From NCBI GenBank assembly GCA_965153355.1, contig OZ231126.1, positions 31,930,001 to 31,994,000 of the forward strand: DNA of 64,000 nucleotides, written 5' to 3'. The stretch is from Flaccisagitta enflata. Lineage: Eukaryota. Under the pieces are notes generated by a model, which worked only from the letters and a program-made list of their open reading frames with translations, searched no databases and was not told where the DNA came from. Of this stretch, positions 1 through 12,436 are shown piece by piece (positions within the stretch are counted from its first letter, which is position 1; every line of letters starts with the position of its first letter). The position numbers and the translations under genes are program-made.

Positions 1-412
1 CCCATCTATAGACACCTTTTTCGGGCGCGCCAATGCAACTCTAGATATGTATGATATATCCAGTCCTTTCCGTCAATTGGTTGATCTGTCTGTTGGTCCA
101 TTACACAATCATTTGACAATCCATCCAGTGGCAGTGAACCTATTTCCCTTCTTGGCCAAGTTAATTTTTCAAAATTTTTTCATCTTCTGTTCTTTTCAAA
201 TCATTATTTAGCTCTGAGTTTGTAAATGGCTGTAGTGCTGTGGGTTTTGCGTAGGAAGTATTAATCATATGGATCAAAGTCATCCTAATGCTTATTTCAT
301 CTGCCGTTAGGATAAATATTTTGTTTTGTTTTTGAAGAAAAAAAAACAGAATAAAATTGGGTGAAGATGCTGACATTATAAAACAATTTTGAAAATCTCT
401 GCCAGGATTACA

Positions 413-563
413 AACAAGGCCGGATACACGGCAATACAGTCGCGGACGGTTGGGCAGGAGCAGTGATGCTAAAACCGATCGCAATTCAAAAATATTTCGG
501 ACGGACGGACCGACGGACCGACCGACACGGCAAGGTGTAGAGTCGCGTGTCCGCGACTAAAAA
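413..563 (+). mobile_element. Short Helentron-associated (HINE/DINE-1-like) element, representative of an abundant family (other copies near 2035-2163, 2791-3087, 3641-4752(-), 16946-17652(-), 39696-39911(-), 45719-45897, 59167-59413)
   Basis: Recurrent 5' motif AACAAGGCC(GGATACACGGC), internal (GACG/GACC)n microsatellite, terminal hairpin AGTCGCG-tgtc-CGCGACT followed by an A-run, and no TSD. This matches the described HINE/DINE-1 architecture. Confidence 0.6.
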
Positions 564-1829
564 GAAAAGGAAAATAAAAGATTTAAAAAAAAAAAAGATT
601 TGGTCTGATAATTAGAGTGCCTATACCCCGTAATGAAGATGACCTGATCAAAATACCTCTTGCATTTTGACACTCCGTCACAAGTGATCACTACAGAGAA
701 TCACGTAGCAGCGACTAAAAAATTCTTTTGCCGAATACGGAATACCTATACAGTCAGCGGACTAAACACAATAGGTATATATATCACTCCGTTGGTTTTG
801 ATCCAACATACTGATGTTCAACAGAATGCTGTAAACAACAACTGGTTGTTGAAATTACAGCCGGCTTATTGCTGTCAGTTGGCAAAAATCCAACTTTCAA
901 TAAATAGAATGAGACCTGCAGATTCATAATTCTGATGAAATTCTGAGAAATTTGATATGTCACACTTAACACTTTTTGTAAAAAATAATTACGTTGCATT
1001 ATAATTAAATTAAACATTGATAAATTTTTTTATTTTTATATAAAAGTATATATATACCTATTGTGTTTTGTCCGCTGACTGTATATCTTCTCTAACTCGG
1101 TAGGACGCACTGAAAATTAACCCGGAAGAACTTACCCAGAGGACGAAGTTACCATTTCCATCATTGATTTTGGTTCAGTCAATATCTCTATCAGTTCTTT
1201 CCGACCTTGAAAGGTTAAGTTATGAAGGATCTCCATACTTTAATCGCCAAATGAGATAAATGCAAAATGATTGAGAGAAATTCGTTGATAAAGCGCCAAA
1301 AAAGTGAAAAAATTATTTATAATCATCTCATTTATGCTTAGACAGAGTTACAAATTTGCATCGAAAATCAAAATATCAACAAAATAAGAACATAGCGCGC
1401 TTAGTACATGATTTAGGGATCGAGCTATGTTCTTATTTTGTTGATATTTTGATTTTTTATGCAAATTTGTAATTCTGTGTAGGTCATGGTACAATAACAA
1501 GTTGAATTTTTCCATGTTTTTTGCCGATTTTTTAACCATAAAATGACAAGTTTAGAGGTTGAAACTGGCATGTGAAAGATTATCCATGCAAAATGTATCG
1601 ATCCACATCTTTATTGTTAACACCAAAAAAAAATATTTCAGCTAATTTCATTTTTTAAAAATCATGATTCATTGGGCACGGGTAGCAAATTCCATGCTAA
1701 TTTTCGGTGCGACATAGTAGCTTGCTACTGGGGTCTTTCCGCGTATCTGTCTATCTGTATTTCTGTATGTCTGCTTGTCTCTCAGATCTGTTGGTGTGTT
1801 TGGATGTTGCAAGTTTTTCTGACGTATCC

Positions 1830-1877
<48 letters not shown>

Positions 1878-2699
1878 ATCTGTCTCTGTCTTTCTGTCCT
1901 TATCGTTGGCGTGTGAAGTTGCAGAATCACGGCGTAGCGACGATTTTTTGGCGAGTCGATGAAAGTAAACAAAAAAGTCGAAAACAAACAAAAGACTCTC
2001 AAAGGAAAAAAAATGAAAAGAAAAAAAAGAGACGAACAAGGCCAAAGTAGGCCAATACAGCGACGTGTGGATCGTTGAACGAATGCGTTACCGACAGACA
2101 GACAGACCAACCGACCAACCAACGGACACAGGCAGTTAGAGGGGTGCTTTGTCGCACCTAAAACGAAATGAAATAAGAAGAAGGAAAAAAAAAGAAACTC
2201 CCATTGAGTTTGACTGAGGGAAGCCTAACAAGGTCTGCCCGGTTAGTTTCATGAATGAAAAGGGGTAGGCGAGGGTTATTAGGGTGCAAGAGACGGACTG
2301 AGACTGAGTTAGAATGAGACAGACAGATGGACAGTTGGACAAATGGACAGATGGAAACATATGATTTTTTTTAATCTTTTATTTCTTTTATTCCATTTTA
2401 TGATTCTTTTATTTTTCTATTTTTGGACGATCTTCACGATTCCATAATCTTTTTAACAAGTAATTGTTACGGTATTTCATTATCATGTAGACCACAATGG
2501 AAACAAATCTACGGATTTTTTTGAGCCTTTCACGGCAATCGCGCTGATATATATGTTTTTGCTGAAATACATTAGATGAAAACAATTGAGAGATATACGG
2601 AAAAACTAAAGGCGGAACAGTAAATTGTACGAAGTAGAAACATTGGAACAAATGATTTAACAAAAGGGAAGGCACGAACAAACTAAAGAGAGAAAGGAA

Positions 2700-2709
2700 G
2701 GAAGGAAAA

Positions 2710-2789
<80 letters not shown>

Positions 2790-3331
2790 AAACAAGCCCG
2801 ATCAGGCAACGATGCGTCCTAACTTTGTCTCTGCTTGTATTGACTTTGGCGATCAACTTGGACGGACAGATAGATTAAAAAACATATGTAGTACCATAAG
2901 AGGCTCTCAATACATCCTAACGACTGTTTGACTTCATGCGTGACATCCTCGCGGCTGAAAATTGCCGAAAACTGCGATTTTCAAGAAGGCGTAACGGACA
3001 GACAGACCAACCGATCGACCAACTAACCAACGGACGGACGGACATACGGACAGAACATCTTATAGAGAAGCGAGGACACATCTAAAAAGAATGAAAGAAA
3101 GAAAGAAAGGAAGAAGGAAAGAAAGAAAGATGGAATGAAACAAAAGGAAGAAAGAAAGAAAGAACAGAAGGAAGAAGGAAATAAAGAAAGAAAGAAAAGG
3201 AAGAAAGAAAGAATGAAAGAGAAAGAAAGAAAGAGAGAAAGAAAGGAACAAGGAGAAAAGGAAGTAAGGAATGAAGAAAAGAAAGAAATAAGAGAGAAAC
3301 AAAGAAACAAAGAGAAACAAAGAAAACAGGA

Positions 3332-3407
<76 letters not shown>

Positions 3408-3500
3408 AAAAAAAAGAAAGAAAGAAAGAAAAACGAACAAGAAACAAAGAAAGAAAGAAAGAAAGAAAGAAAGTAAAAAAAGAAAGAAAGAAAAAAGGAA
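2700..3500. repeat. (GAAA)n tetranucleotide and purine-rich microsatellite blocks
   Basis: Visible (AAAG)n runs at 2710-2790 and 3090-3495. They generate spurious F/L/S and K/E/R ORFs. Confidence 0.95.
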
Positions 3501-3966
3501 ACAAAGTGTCAGAAAGACTTGGTTTCAGGAAATTAAGGAAAACAAACAAAACCTCGACAAAATTTGATTTTGAGAAAAAGAAGGCAAGAAAAAAAAAGAT
3601 AAAGATTTCTTTAAAAAACTAAACTTTCCCCAGGGAAGTTTTTTTAGTCGCGTGCACGCACTCTACACCCTGCTTTGTCCATCCATCCGTTGGTTGGTTG
3701 GTTGGTTGGTAGGTCACATTTTACTTTTTTTTATTCGTTTTATTCCTTCTAAGTGATTGTATGTCAATTAGGTCATTTTTAGACAAATAAGATCATTTTA
3801 AGTCATAGTAAGTCAATTTTAGTTGTTTGAGTCTTTTTGTTAATCTTAGGTGTTTTAGAGATTTAAGGTCAATTTAAGTCAGTTTACATCAGTCAAAGTC
3901 AATTCAAGTCATTCTTGGTTGAATTATGTCAGTCAAAGTCATTTTGAGTCAGTTTAAGTCAATTTA

Positions 3967-4553
3967 CCGGGTCATCAGCCTGAGATGCCGGATTCTGTTA
4001 AGCTTTTACTCTGAGATGCCACATATCTTGGATTACTACTGATTGTGTCATGAAGAGTTATAGATTGACGTTTTTTGTATCAAAATTTCATCAAAATCGG
4101 TCAAGTAGTTTAGATTTTACAAGTCTTTGAAGTAAAAACTAATTTTCTCTCAATGGCAGAATTTTCAATAAAAGTCATGAAAGAGAACAGTTTCAAATTT
4201 CTCTCTTTTTTGAACAGTTAGAGCTGGGAACATATCAACGGTCTATAGTATGAAAAAAAAATTGATCTTTTCTTTAGGACTAATCATGTGTCTCTGGCTT
4301 ATAATATTGCAAAATGCGAGAATGAGGGAAAATGCTGATCCTCCATTTTCCCATCAAAAAACAGAAGTGGCAGAAAATAAGTTTTTTACTTAAGTACATG
4401 TAAAATCTAAACTACTTGACCGATTTTGATAAAATTTTGATACAAAAAACGTCAATCTATACTCTTTAAGAGACAATCAGTGGGAAATCTGTGATAAGTG
4501 GCATCTCAGAGTAAAAGCTCAACATTATCCGGCATCTCAGGCTGATGACCCAG
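3967..4553. mobile_element. Tc1/mariner-type MITE (587 bp) with long TIRs and TA target duplication
   Basis: Left end TA|CCGGGTCATCAGCCTGAGATGCCGGA, right end TCCGGCATCTCAGGCTGATGACCCAG|TA. Inverted similarity extends about 150 bp. It is inserted in the AGTCATTT-rich array of a HINE-like element. Confidence 0.85.
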
Positions 4554-6552
4554 TAAGTCATTTTACTCACTCAAGTCATTTCAGTCATCTTAGGTCAATT
4601 CGAGTCAATTTAGTCATTCTGAGTCATTTTAAGTCATTTTCAATCATTTTAAGTCATCCTAAGTCAATTTAGTAACAATGGAAGTCATTTTAGTTCTATA
4701 TTATAATCAATCATGTAAGTCGCGCACGCGACTTATAGGTGTTGGCCTTGTTTTTTCTTTAGTCTAAAATCCTTCAAACATTCGGAGGCAACATTCAAAT
4801 GAAGTAGACGCCCTTCCGGTCATCAGTTGGTAACCAAGGCTGAGGCTAGACAGACAGGGGACATGTTTACTTGGTTTTTGGGCAGCGGCCCCGAAGGGGA
4901 CGAAGACTTGTAGAACACAGGGGGACTTTCATCCGTCCATTTGTTCATTTGTCCGTTCGTTTGTCCGTTTGTTTGTCTGTCCCCCCACCCTTATTTTTTT
5001 CTAAGAAAAAACGACATTAGAATAGCCTATGCTATTTTTCTACCAGGCGCCGTTTCAACGTGAATTAAAATCCCAATCCTGGTCGCTTCGACCAATTTTT
5101 AAAGTGATTTTTAAAGCTTCGCGCTTTCTGAGAAGCGATTCATCATAAATCGTCTGTCTTACTTGGCTATCCCAATGCCATTATTAAAGTGTGTGTGTCG
5201 GCGTATAGGGCAATGACAACGTGCATGATTGACTGGGCTGGCGAGTAAAGGAGCAATTGAGTGTGTGACTGAGAATGAAAAAAAGATCTTGCATCTGCGA
5301 AAAAACACTTTTCAACCCTACAATTTGGATAACCGAAATTCATTCTTCCTTTGAGTAGTTCTTATCAGAAAACAAGTGACGTATTTATTTTATACAATAC
5401 GGTACACAAGAAACCCCTGCTTATCCGCAAGCTACTGGCAGTACTGCTTATTATCCGTCAGTCGATTGGTTAGTCTGGCGGTTTGTCTCACTCAGCCTTT
5501 TTGCCGCATACGAACGGTTTTTGCATTATTGTCCCTGCCTAAATGCTTGGTTAGCCTTTTTAGATGTGTCTTCGCATCTCTATAAGTCTGTCTGTCTGTC
5601 TGTGATTCCTCCTTGAAAATCGCACTTGTATACATTTCTCAGCCGGAAGGATGTCACGTATAAAGTCCAAGATTCGATAAAATGTTTCGAGATCCTCTTT
5701 TGATACTGCTTGTCTTTTTTTTTTTTCGCTCAAAAAAAAAAAAAAAAACGACCACCGGACGGACAAAGCGGGGTGTAGAGTCGCGGAGCACGCGACAAAA
5801 AATTATCTTCGGAAGAAATTTATTACGATGGAAAAAAAATACCAGTTGCGGACCAGCTATACTTCATCGAATTATGATCTATCTGACGCTGTTGAGACAG
5901 GCCAACTGATCAGTTTAACATGTTTGCTACTAAATCATGTTTATTGTAAGTATCTTTAAAAAAGTAAGGCCTCATAGAATGCATTTATTCGGAAAATAGA
6001 ATAATCTGTCCTTTTTATGTTCATTTCAAACAGTTGTAGAATTTCTTTGTTACAAACAACTTCTTAGAAAAAAAAGCAACGTCTGGAAAAATGGAACAAC
6101 AATATCAAGTTGCAAAAAAAAAAGTGTGAAGAAATCATTATGACTTTTGATGAATTCAAAATCTAGTCACATCTTTCGAAAGTTAATCTTCTATTGTAAC
6201 ATGTTGCACTTAATTCATCTTCTTTTTCCGTGTAAGCTTCCTCCTCCTCAATTGTTTCTCCCCCTCTCATTTTTTTGCTGAAAATTTCAAGTGTGAAAAT
6301 TTCAAGTGCGAGATAAGTAGCCGGCGACGGGACATGGAGAAATTCGGATCACTTTTTGCAAAAAAACCATGAGGCATCCTTCAGCAGAACACTCCAGAAA
6401 TAACGGAAAATGTCCAAGCGCTGGGGTGGGAATGAATAGCTAATTTGAGAGGAATTATTAAGAAGCTCAGCTCAATTTAGAGTCAGTGTACGCTAGGCGG
6501 CTGGTCTGGGCCTGTCTGGCCATGAACAATAGCCCGTAGCCGGCGAAAAGCC

Positions 6553-8739
6553 TCACTCGTCTGAAGAAGGGGGGCCCTGGGGGGTCACCCCCAAATCTCT
6601 GCAGTAGAAACGGAAAAACACTTCCGCCCCTGACCAGTCACCAGCTCGTAAAATAGCCTCTACGTCAACTCCACCTGCCAAGGCGGCGGAGGTGGACATG
6701 GCTCTGGTTGAGCCCGGAGGTGCATTAATTCCAGCTTGACTAAGAATTGACTTGAGCCGACGAGAAAAGGCTGATGAGGAAAGGCGGGCAAACGGTGGTT
6801 TGTCCTCGCAAAACAAGTAATCATGACTTATATTTAGCTTATTTCTTTCAGCAATGAGCGCCTCTAAGGCCGAAACAGGGCATATGGAAGAGTCATTAGG
6901 CAATCTGTAAATGATAATGGGCTTACCCATCCGGCCTGCTTTATCTGTCTTACTTAGTTGAGACGGGATAAATCTTGCACAAGTTGAATTAATGGACAGA
7001 AAATTGGCCGAAATTCGGAGGCTTGCTAGTTCGGAAGGTCGTCTAGTAGAAGCCATCGCTATGAGAAATGCAGTCTTTCGGATAAGAAGATGGAAAGGAG
7101 TCGGAGAAGGGAAATCGCGAAGTAATTTTATGACTTCTCCGGCGTTCCAAGAAGGAAAGAGGCGACGCGAAGCTGGGCGTCGGTTATAAATACCTTTCAT
7201 GAGGCGTTTGATAAGAGGATGTTGACCCACATGAAAACCGTCAATTGGAGGAAGAGTCATGGAAATGGCTGATCTATGTACATTCACCGAAGAGTATTTA
7301 AGACCTTTCTTGAACAACATGGAAAGGTAATCGGCGACATTATTTACAGAGACGGAATCGATAGAAATGTTGCGGGCACTGAGTAAGCGGGAGAAAGAGT
7401 CCCAGGCTCGATTGTATCTGTCTCCCGAAGATTTCCTCCATCCATCGGAGATAAGCTCGAAAGCTGCATCTGTAACTCCTGAGAGGTTGTACGCCCTCCT
7501 AAAATCTTCCAAGCGACGAGATGAAGAGACTCTAGAAGAGGAGGTGGAAGATCTGTTGACAGGTCTACTAAAAGGCGGCTGTTGAAAGGCAGACGTCGAA
7601 CTTGGAGGACGCGTAGTTGTTGAAGCTTGGGGAACCACGACTGGGCGGTCCAAAATGGAATTATCAGGATGAACACTCCTTGAGACAGAAGAAGCTTTTC
7701 TATCACTCTCGGAATCAGAGGAAGGGGAGGAAATACATATGCGAGGTTGAAGTTCCAGGGGAGAGACAGAGCATCGAATGCTTCTGCTGTTGGCGCTTCC
7801 CCCCACGCCATGAATCGAGGTAACTGAGCCGATTTGGGGGAAGCGAACAGGTCTATTTCCGGTACTCCCCACAACCGGCATATTTTGCGGAACACTTTGG
7901 GACAAAGGTGAAGGTCCGGAAGCTTCTTGAACCTCGACGCAAAATCGGCGTGAAGGTTTTGATCGGAGGGAACATAAACGGGAATTATTGCTACCTGTAA
8001 TTCCGCTGCCAGGAGGAGAATCTCCGTTGCAATTTTGAGGAGTGGCAGTGAATGTGTTCCTCCCTCCTTGGCGATGTACGACAGGGCTGTCGTCGAGTCT
8101 GTCTCCCAAAGGATTGTTTTTACTGGTTTGGTTAAGGAAGGAAAGTAATCCCGGAGGAATATCAACAATGTCATGGCTTCCTTCGCATTGATATGGTGAC
8201 GGGCAAGAGCACCCCATTGCCCGTTCACCATCTTCCCCATGTAAAACAGGCCCCAGCCCTCGTCTGAGGAGTCTGTTGCCACCGTCAAATCCGCATCCTC
8301 CAGACTCGGGCGCCAGATTGGAGCCTTGCAATCTTCCATTGTCAGGTTCACGACCCATTTCATCTCCTGCTTGGCTTCCTTGGTGAGATGGAGATGTAGA
8401 AGAAGATCCGAGGAGGTCTTGTAGAATTTGTTTAGACACACTTGGATCTGACGGCAATGGAGACGGATTAAGGGTACTGCTGTTATTGCTGCAGTCATTA
8501 GCCCCAGAAGCTTCATCACTGAGCGGCATGTCGGAGATGGAAGCGAGAGAAGGAGAGTGGCTTGAGATTGGAGAGCCAATAACTTCCGCTCCTCCAGAGA
8601 CACTAACTTGGTCTTGCAATCCCACCAAAGACCTAGAAAGAGGAACCTCTGAGCTGGGATGAGATTCGACTTCTTCCAGTTGATCACGAATCCAGCATCC
8701 TGAAAGGTTTTCAACGCTAATGTCACAAACCGTTGGCAT
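6553..8739 (-). CDS. DIRS tyrosine recombinase ORF. The frame extends upstream across the insertion to an ATG at 13029, with one stop at 12484-12486
   Basis: SAM-like N-terminal integrase segment (YNRAWDSF...SVNVHRSAIS), then the catalytic domain R-K-(G)xxR-W-Y. Overlaps pol in the -1 frame. Confidence 0.9.
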   Translation of the reverse strand: MPTVCDISVENLSGCWIRDQLEEVESHPSSEVPLSRSLVGLQDQVSVSGGAEVIGSPISSHSPSLASISDMPLSDEASGANDCSNNSSTLNPSPLPSDPSVSKQILQDLLGSSSTSPSHQGSQAGDEMGREPDNGRLQGSNLAPESGGCGFDGGNRLLRRGLGPVLHGEDGERAMGCSCPSPYQCEGSHDIVDIPPGLLSFLNQTSKNNPLGDRLDDSPVVHRQGGRNTFTATPQNCNGDSPPGSGITGSNNSRLCSLRSKPSRRFCVEVQEASGPSPLSQSVPQNMPVVGSTGNRPVRFPQIGSVTSIHGVGGSANSRSIRCSVSPLELQPRICISSPSSDSESDRKASSVSRSVHPDNSILDRPVVVPQASTTTRPPSSTSAFQQPPFSRPVNRSSTSSSRVSSSRRLEDFRRAYNLSGVTDAAFELISDGWRKSSGDRYNRAWDSFSRLLSARNISIDSVSVNNVADYLSMLFKKGLKYSSVNVHRSAISMTLPPIDGFHVGQHPLIKRLMKGIYNRRPASRRLFPSWNAGEVIKLLRDFPSPTPFHLLIRKTAFLIAMASTRRPSELASLRISANFLSINSTCARFIPSQLSKTDKAGRMGKPIIIYRLPNDSSICPVSALEALIAERNKLNISHDYLFCEDKPPFARLSSSAFSRRLKSILSQAGINAPPGSTRAMSTSAALAGGVDVEAILRAGDWSGAEVFFRFYCRDLGVTPQGPPSSDE

Positions 8740-8859
8740 TCCTCCAGAGTTGTTCCCAATATCAGAACATCGTCCAAATAAAGAATTGCCCTGACCCCCT
8801 TTGAGCGGAGAAACGCGGCCAGAGGGCGGGTTATTTTCGTGAACAGGAATGGGGCTGTA

Positions 8860-11800
8860 CAGTACGTTTTTTCAAGCACTGTCGTACTTGGATATCACAA
8901 CTGGTCAGCCTTTTTTCTTTTGATACATGATGTTCTGAGCCTAAAATACGAATTTCATCATCTTAGCTTGTTAAAACCCTTCGCCGAAATCCATTTATCT
9001 ATCACTACTCCAAGGTGGTTGTGGTGAAAGTGTTGAAATTTGGTCACTTTGGGCTCAAAATCGGGCCACTTTGGTTCTGAAATTTGACCCCAAATCCATG
9101 AGATTATGAAACTAGAGCTCAAGAGCTAACCAGTGGTGCAATTCGCATGTTGCTATTGTTTTTTGTTCAGATTTGAGAGCATTTCAAAGATGGAAGGGTA
9201 TGAGGGTTTTTTACCAGATGAATTTGGTGGTCAATTTTGACATTTTTTGCAATTTTTGATATATCTCCGCTTTGGATAGACAAATTTAGATGAAATTGGT
9301 GACCAAATTGAAGAGTTTTTGATGCTCTTATTGAATCTGGTAAAATTTTTGATCAATATGACCCTCAAAATATTTGGGAGACTCTAGAAGCAGGTGCAAA
9401 GTAATTTTTTCGCCATTTGGCTACTTTCTTGGTCAAAAATTCAGGCTCGAGAAAAGACAAAAAATCCATGAGCAAATTAAACTACAGTGCAAGATGTAAT
9501 CAATGGTGCAATCACCATGTCGACATGTTAAAGCATATAGATTTGGCACAGCTTAAAAGATCAGCGGGTATGACAAAATATCATTTTTTGGTAATTTTGG
9601 TCATTTTGGGCTCGAACTTGGGCCACTTCACTTTATAAATTTGACCCAAAATCCATGAGATTATAAAACTAGAGCTCATGAGCTAACCAGTAGTGCAATC
9701 CGCAAGTTGCTATCTTTTTCTGTTAAGATTTGAGAGCATTTCAAAGATGGAAGGGTATGAGCGTTTTTTACCACATGAATTTGGTGGTCAATTTTGACGT
9801 CTTTTACAATTTTTGATATATCTCCGCATTGGATGGATACATTTAGATGAAATTGGTGACCAAATTGAAGAGTTTTTGATGCTCTAGCAGAATCTGTCAA
9901 AATTTTCGATCAATATGACCCTCAAAAATTTTGGGAGACTCTAGAAGCAGGTGCTAACAGGTCGCCCAAGGGCAAGACGTGGTCAGCGATACCCGTTGTC
10001 CTGCTTAGCATGATTGTGAAATGGAATGAGGGGAAGAAGGCAGTGGTTCCCGAACAAAGTCCCAGAATTCAGGGGACTTTTGTTTGTCCATCCGTCCGTC
10101 CGTCCGTCCATCCGTCCGCCCTCCAGGCCCTCTCAGGTCTGAAATCTACCCTCTCAGGCCTGAAATCAGCCCTCTCAGGCCACGAAACCTGTCCTCTCGA
10201 CCTTGAATCTGAGCAGGCAGATGTCAGGCCTTAGAGGGCAGATTCAAGGCCTGAGAGGGCAAATTCAAGGCCTGAGAGGACAGATTTCAGGGCCTTAGAG
10301 GGCAGATTTCAGGCCTGAGAGGGCATATTTCTGGCCTGAGAGGGCAGATTAAAGGCCTGAGAGGACCAATTTCAGGGCCTGGGAGGGCAGATCTCAGGCC
10401 TAAGAGGGCAGATTTCAGACCTGAGAGGGCCTGGGGGACAAACGGAAGGACGAATGGACGAACGAACGGACAGACGAATAAAAGTCCCCCTGTGTTCTTC
10501 AGGGCTTTGTCCCCTTTGGGGCCGCTGCCCAAAAAGTGAATCTTTTTCGCCATTTGGCTACTTTGGTCAAAATATTCGGGCACTTCCGAGATAGAGAAAG
10601 ACAAAAAATCCATGAGCAAATTAAACTACAGTGCAAGATGTAATCAATGGTGCAATCGCCATGTCGACATGTTAAAGCATATAGATTTGGCACAGCTTAA
10701 AAGATCAGCGGGTATGAAAAAATATCATTTTTTGGTAATTTTGGTCATTTTGGGCTCGAACTTGGGCCACTTCACTTTATAAATTTGACCCAAAATCCAT
10801 GAGATTATAAAACTAGAGCTCATGAGCTAACCAGTAGTGCAATCCGCAAGTTGCTATCTTTTTTTGTTAAGATTTGAGAGCATTTCAAAGGTGGAAGGGT
10901 ATGAGCGTTTTTTACCACATGAATTTGGAGGTCAATTTTGACGTCTTTTACAATTTTTGATATATCTCCGCATTGGATGGATACATTTAGATGAAATTGG
11001 TGACCAAATTGAAGAGTTTTTGATGCTCTAGCTGAATCTGTAAAATTTTCATCAATATGACCCTCAAAAATTTTGGGAGACTCTAGAAGCAGGTGCTAAC
11101 AGGTCGCCCACAAGATGTGGCCAGTGATACCTGTTGCCCTGTTTGCATGATTGTGAAATGGAGTGAGAGGGAGAAGGCAGTGGCCCGAAGGGAATAAAGT
11201 CCTCATCATAGGACTTTTGCCCATTCGTTCCGCCCGTCCGCCCGTCCATCCGTCCGCCCTCCAGGCCCTCTCAGGTCTGAAATCTACCCTCTCAGGCCTG
11301 AAATCAGCCCTCTCAGGCCACGAAACCTGTCCTCTTGACCTTGAATCTGAGCAGGCAGATGTCAGGCCTAAGAGGGCAGATTCAAGGCCTGAGAGGGCAA
11401 ATTCAAGGCCTGAGAGGACAGATTTCAGGGCCTTAGAGGGCAGATTTCAGGCCTGAGAGGGCAGATTAAAGGCCTGAGAGGACTAATTTCAGGGCCTGGG
11501 AGGGCAGATCTCAGGCCTAAGAGGGCAGATTTTAGACCTGAGAGGGCCTGGGGGACAAACGGAAGGACGAATGGACGAACAAACGGACAGACGAATAAAA
11601 GTCCCCCTGTGTTCTTCAGGGGCTTTGTCCTTGGGGCCGCTGCCAAAAGTGACCTGTTATTTGCACTTTTTGGTCAGATTGGCACTCTGAGATAAAGACA
11701 AAATCCATGAGCAAATTAAATTACAGTGCAAGATCTAACCAATGGTGCAATCGCCATATCAATATGTTAAAGTATATAGATTTGGCAGAGCTTCAAAGAT

Positions 11801-12436
11801 CAGTTGGTTAGATCTTGAACTGTAGTTTAATTTGCTCATGGATTTTTTGTCTTTTCCTATCTCGGAAGTGCCCGAATTTTTTGACCAAAGTAGCCAAAAT
11901 GGCCAGAGTCTAGAGTCTCCCATAGATTTTGAGGGTCATATCGATCAAAAATTTTAACAGATTCAGTTAGAGCATCAAAAAATCTTCAATTTGGTCACCA
12001 ATTTTATCTAAATATGTAAATTCAAAGCGGAGATATATCAAAAACTGTAAAAATGTCAAAATAGGCCACCAAATTCACTGATAAAATAACCTTCACACCC
12101 TTCCATCATTGATGAGCTCTCAAATCTTAACAAAAAATGATAGCAATATGCGGATTGCACCACTGGCTAGCTCTTGAGCTCTAGTTTCATAATCTTATGG
12201 ATTTCAGGTCAAATTTCAAAAGCGAAGTGGCCCCATTTTGAGCTCAAAGTGACAAAATTTCAACATTTTCACCACAACCACCTTGGAGAAGTGATGAATA
12301 AAGGGATTTCGACAAAGGGTTTTATCAAGCTAAGATGATAAAAATTGTATTTTAGGCTCAGTACATCATGTATCAAAATAAAAAAGGCTGACAAGTAGTG
12401 ATATCCAAGTATTACAGTGCTTGAAGAAACGTACTG
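8860..12436. mobile_element. Non-autonomous DNA transposon (3577 bp), about 630-bp imperfect TIRs, TA TSD (Tc1/mariner-like target), with an internal 1.14-kb tandem duplication
   Basis: Left end TA|CAGTACGTTTTTTCAAGCACTG, right end CAGTGCTTGAAGAAACGTACTG|TA. About 8860-9500 is inverted at about 11805-12436. No transposase ORF. Confidence 0.92.
9956..10535 (+). mobile_element. Second HINE-like family (ends GGGGCCGCTGCCC-AAAAA) with a ~21-bp CCTCTCAGGCCTGAAATCTGC minisatellite; duplicate copy at 11098-11648; relatives at about 4875, 36770, 37450, 40085, 41570, 48806-49280, 49860
   Basis: The empty site CAGGTGC-AAAG at about 9391-9401 compared with the filled sites at 9956 and 11098 shows insertion at an A-run with no TSD. 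Confidence 0.6.

Noticed and set aside
781-1205. Possible small minus-strand exons (1205-1136 with a GTAAGT donor; about 885-784)
   Set aside because: No recognisable protein motif and no link to FBH1 or ABC, so too weak to call.
2409-3549. Long F/L/S and K/E/R ORFs
   Set aside because: Translations of (GAAA)n microsatellites.
7560-7880. Adenine methyltransferase-like domain as a novel or bacterial acquisition
   Set aside because: It is a known component of DIRS1-like pol.
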